A stretch of 61,559 nucleotides of DNA from Candidatus Micrarchaeota archaeon (GTDB lineage Archaea > Micrarchaeota > Micrarchaeia > Norongarragalinales > Norongarragalinaceae): the NCBI GenBank assembly GCA_043822385.1, contig JBDRBT010000013.1:1-61559 (forward strand), given 5' to 3'. This document shows, piece after piece, positions 60,163 through 61,559 of the stretch. The notes under the pieces are model-generated. The model was not told the DNA's origin, did not search any database, and worked only from the letters and a program-made list of their open reading frames with translations. Every line of letters begins with the position of its first letter. Position 1 is the first letter of the stretch. Position numbers and translations under genes: made by a program.

Positions 60163-61323
60163 ATGCCTGAATTAATTGCAATTGCTGTTTCCTTTCTTTA
60201 CTACGCCTTGTTTTTAGTCGGGGGTGTTAGTATTGGTTACTTTGTAATGCGTTTGTCTTTCCCTGACGTTAGGCTCTTAGAGAAAACCGAAAAAACTGGC
60301 TTGTCTGCGTTAGTTGGCGCGTTATTGTTGGTTGCTGCGATTGCTGTTGATTACTTGGTTTCAGGCGTTAACGTTGTTTTAAGCACTAAAGGCTTGTTTC
60401 CGTTAATTGTTTCTGTTTTGATTACTGCTTCCTTTTTAGTGTTGCGTTTGTGGTTTAGTTTCTTGAAACCCAGAGTGCTAGTTATTGGCATTCCTGCTGC
60501 AAAGTCTTCTTTGAAGGGAGAAATAATGGGTTTAGTTGATGACATTAAGCATGAACCAATCCCGATTGTTGAAGCAAAGAAAATTGAGGAAAAAACCGAG
60601 CCTTTAGTTGAATACTTGCCGCCTACTGAAAAAAAGAAAAAGGAAGTAGTGCAAGACGCGCCTCAACCGCACGAGTGGTTTAATGGGCTTGTTTCTTCTA
60701 TTGCTTCTGTTTTCTCAAAGAAAAGCATGGATAAATCAAAACAAAACGCTGCTTTGCGTGACATTAAGGAATTGAATGCTCCCGCTTCCTTGTCTGTACA
60801 GGAAGATGTAGAGTTAGGCAAGCAAGAGCGTCGGCGTTTGAAGGAAGTTGAAGTAGAATTAATGATTAAAGACGTAGTTAAGATAGACGAGAAAAAACCG
60901 GATGAAAGACACCGGCGTTACATGCAGAAGGAAGTGATTACTCCTGAAGAAGCGCAAAAGCAAGTTAAGGAATCAGCTAGAAAAGAGTCTTTAACCGATA
61001 AAGTGTCAGTTAACGTGCCGCCGAAACCAGTTGAACCGATTGTTGCGCAGCCCGTGTCTCCAACTACTTCTGCTTCAAAGAAATTGTTTGCTGACTTGAG
61101 TGCTATTTCTTCAGGAAAACCAAAGGAAGTAGAATTAGTGAAAGCTGAAGGCCCTGGTTCTTGTCCTCGTTGCAAATCAAAGAATTCGCGAATAATCTTT
61201 TGTCCTTACTGCGGGAGCGCTATGTGCGCTAACTGCACGCTTAACTTGACTCCAACTGAAAACGGTTTTGAGTACGTTTGCCCTAACTGCAGTGAAACCG
61301 TGTTAGTAAAGAAAAAAACTTAA
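60163..61323 (+). CDS. membrane protein with charged linker and C-terminal double zinc-ribbon
   Basis: 386 aa with about 4 N-terminal TM helices, a K/E/P-rich middle, and a C-terminal 'CPRCKSKNSRIIFCPYCGSAMCANC...YVCPNCSE'. It is divergent from the giant protein gene. Confidence 0.55.
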   Translation: MPELIAIAVSFLYYALFLVGGVSIGYFVMRLSFPDVRLLEKTEKTGLSALVGALLLVAAIAVDYLVSGVNVVLSTKGLFPLIVSVLITASFLVLRLWFSFLKPRVLVIGIPAAKSSLKGEIMGLVDDIKHEPIPIVEAKKIEEKTEPLVEYLPPTEKKKKEVVQDAPQPHEWFNGLVSSIASVFSKKSMDKSKQNAALRDIKELNAPASLSVQEDVELGKQERRRLKEVEVELMIKDVVKIDEKKPDERHRRYMQKEVITPEEAQKQVKESARKESLTDKVSVNVPPKPVEPIVAQPVSPTTSASKKLFADLSAISSGKPKEVELVKAEGPGSCPRCKSKNSRIIFCPYCGSAMCANCTLNLTPTENGFEYVCPNCSETVLVKKKT

Positions 61324-61559
61324 GACTTCCAAATGCAAATCCTCAAAATATAATCCCTTCTTTCTGAAGTTAATTGATCGTTTTCTACCGTATAATACAA
61401 TACTCTAAACGGACTAGCTATTGATACTAAATCTAGCTTGCTAGCTGCTTCGCACCCTACGAGTTCTGTATAGCTTGGGTCGGGGTAGAGAACGTGGTTA
61501 GCATCAATAGTAACTTCGTCGTTAGTTATTCTAGCGCCGTTAATGGTTATTGGCTTGTC
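61320..61559 (-). CDS. hypothetical protein, partial (N-terminus beyond window end)
   Basis: The hand-translated frame is open from base 61559 to the TAA at 61320..61322 ('...VLYYTVENDQLTSERRDYILRICIWKS*'). Its stop overlaps the stop of the convergent gene. Confidence 0.3.
   Translation of the reverse strand, partial: DKPITINGARITNDEVTIDANHVLYPDPSYTELVGCEAASKLDLVSIASPFRVLYYTVENDQLTSERRDYILRICIWKS

Overview
AT-rich archaeal chromosome segment. Gene content and order point to a small-genome, DPANN-like archaeon; this lineage assignment is inference, with no database search possible. The core at about 28.9-48.9 kb is the conserved archaeal ribosomal-protein/RNA-polymerase/SecY supercluster. It lies entirely on the minus strand, in the order L3-L4-L23-L2-S19-L22-S3-L29-aIF1-[Zn-ribbon insert]-Rpp29-S17-L14-L24-S4e-L5-S14-S8-L6-L32e-L19e-L18-S5-L30-L15-SecY-DUF106-L34e-Cmk-L14e-Cbf5-tRNA-S13-S4-S11-RpoD-DUF167-tRNA-L18e-L13-S9-RpoN. 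Around it are information-processing genes: Pelota, RFC small and large subunits, type IA topoisomerase, Cdc48, Orc1/Cdc6, an OB-fold SSB-like protein, MiaB-like, Bud23-like and TrmI methyltransferases. Membrane proteostasis genes are also present (site-2 protease, HtpX, LemA, MscS). A class III ribonucleotide reductase operon (nrdR-nrdD-nrdG) follows. I found seven tRNA genes by hand folding, and five of them carry introns; tRNA-Ser has two, one of them in the T-loop. The accessory-looking parts are: (i) a run of membrane-anchored thioredoxin-fold/CxxC proteins plus a Cys-rich lipoprotein-like protein at 1-2.3 kb. (ii) A cluster of at least 7 genes with archaeal class III (type IV pilin-like) signal peptides at 15.4-20.5 kb, including a pilin-like protein with two lectin/ConA-like domains. 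(iii) A bacterial-type SLT lytic transglycosylase next to a 1364-aa secreted, anchored giant protein at 54.5-60.1 kb. (iv) An nrdD whose glycyl-radical C-terminus is cut off by an in-frame TGA. No CRISPR array, transposase, integrase or rRNA was seen. All functional calls rest on motif and family recognition by eye, and gene starts are approximate because many genes use GTG/TTG.
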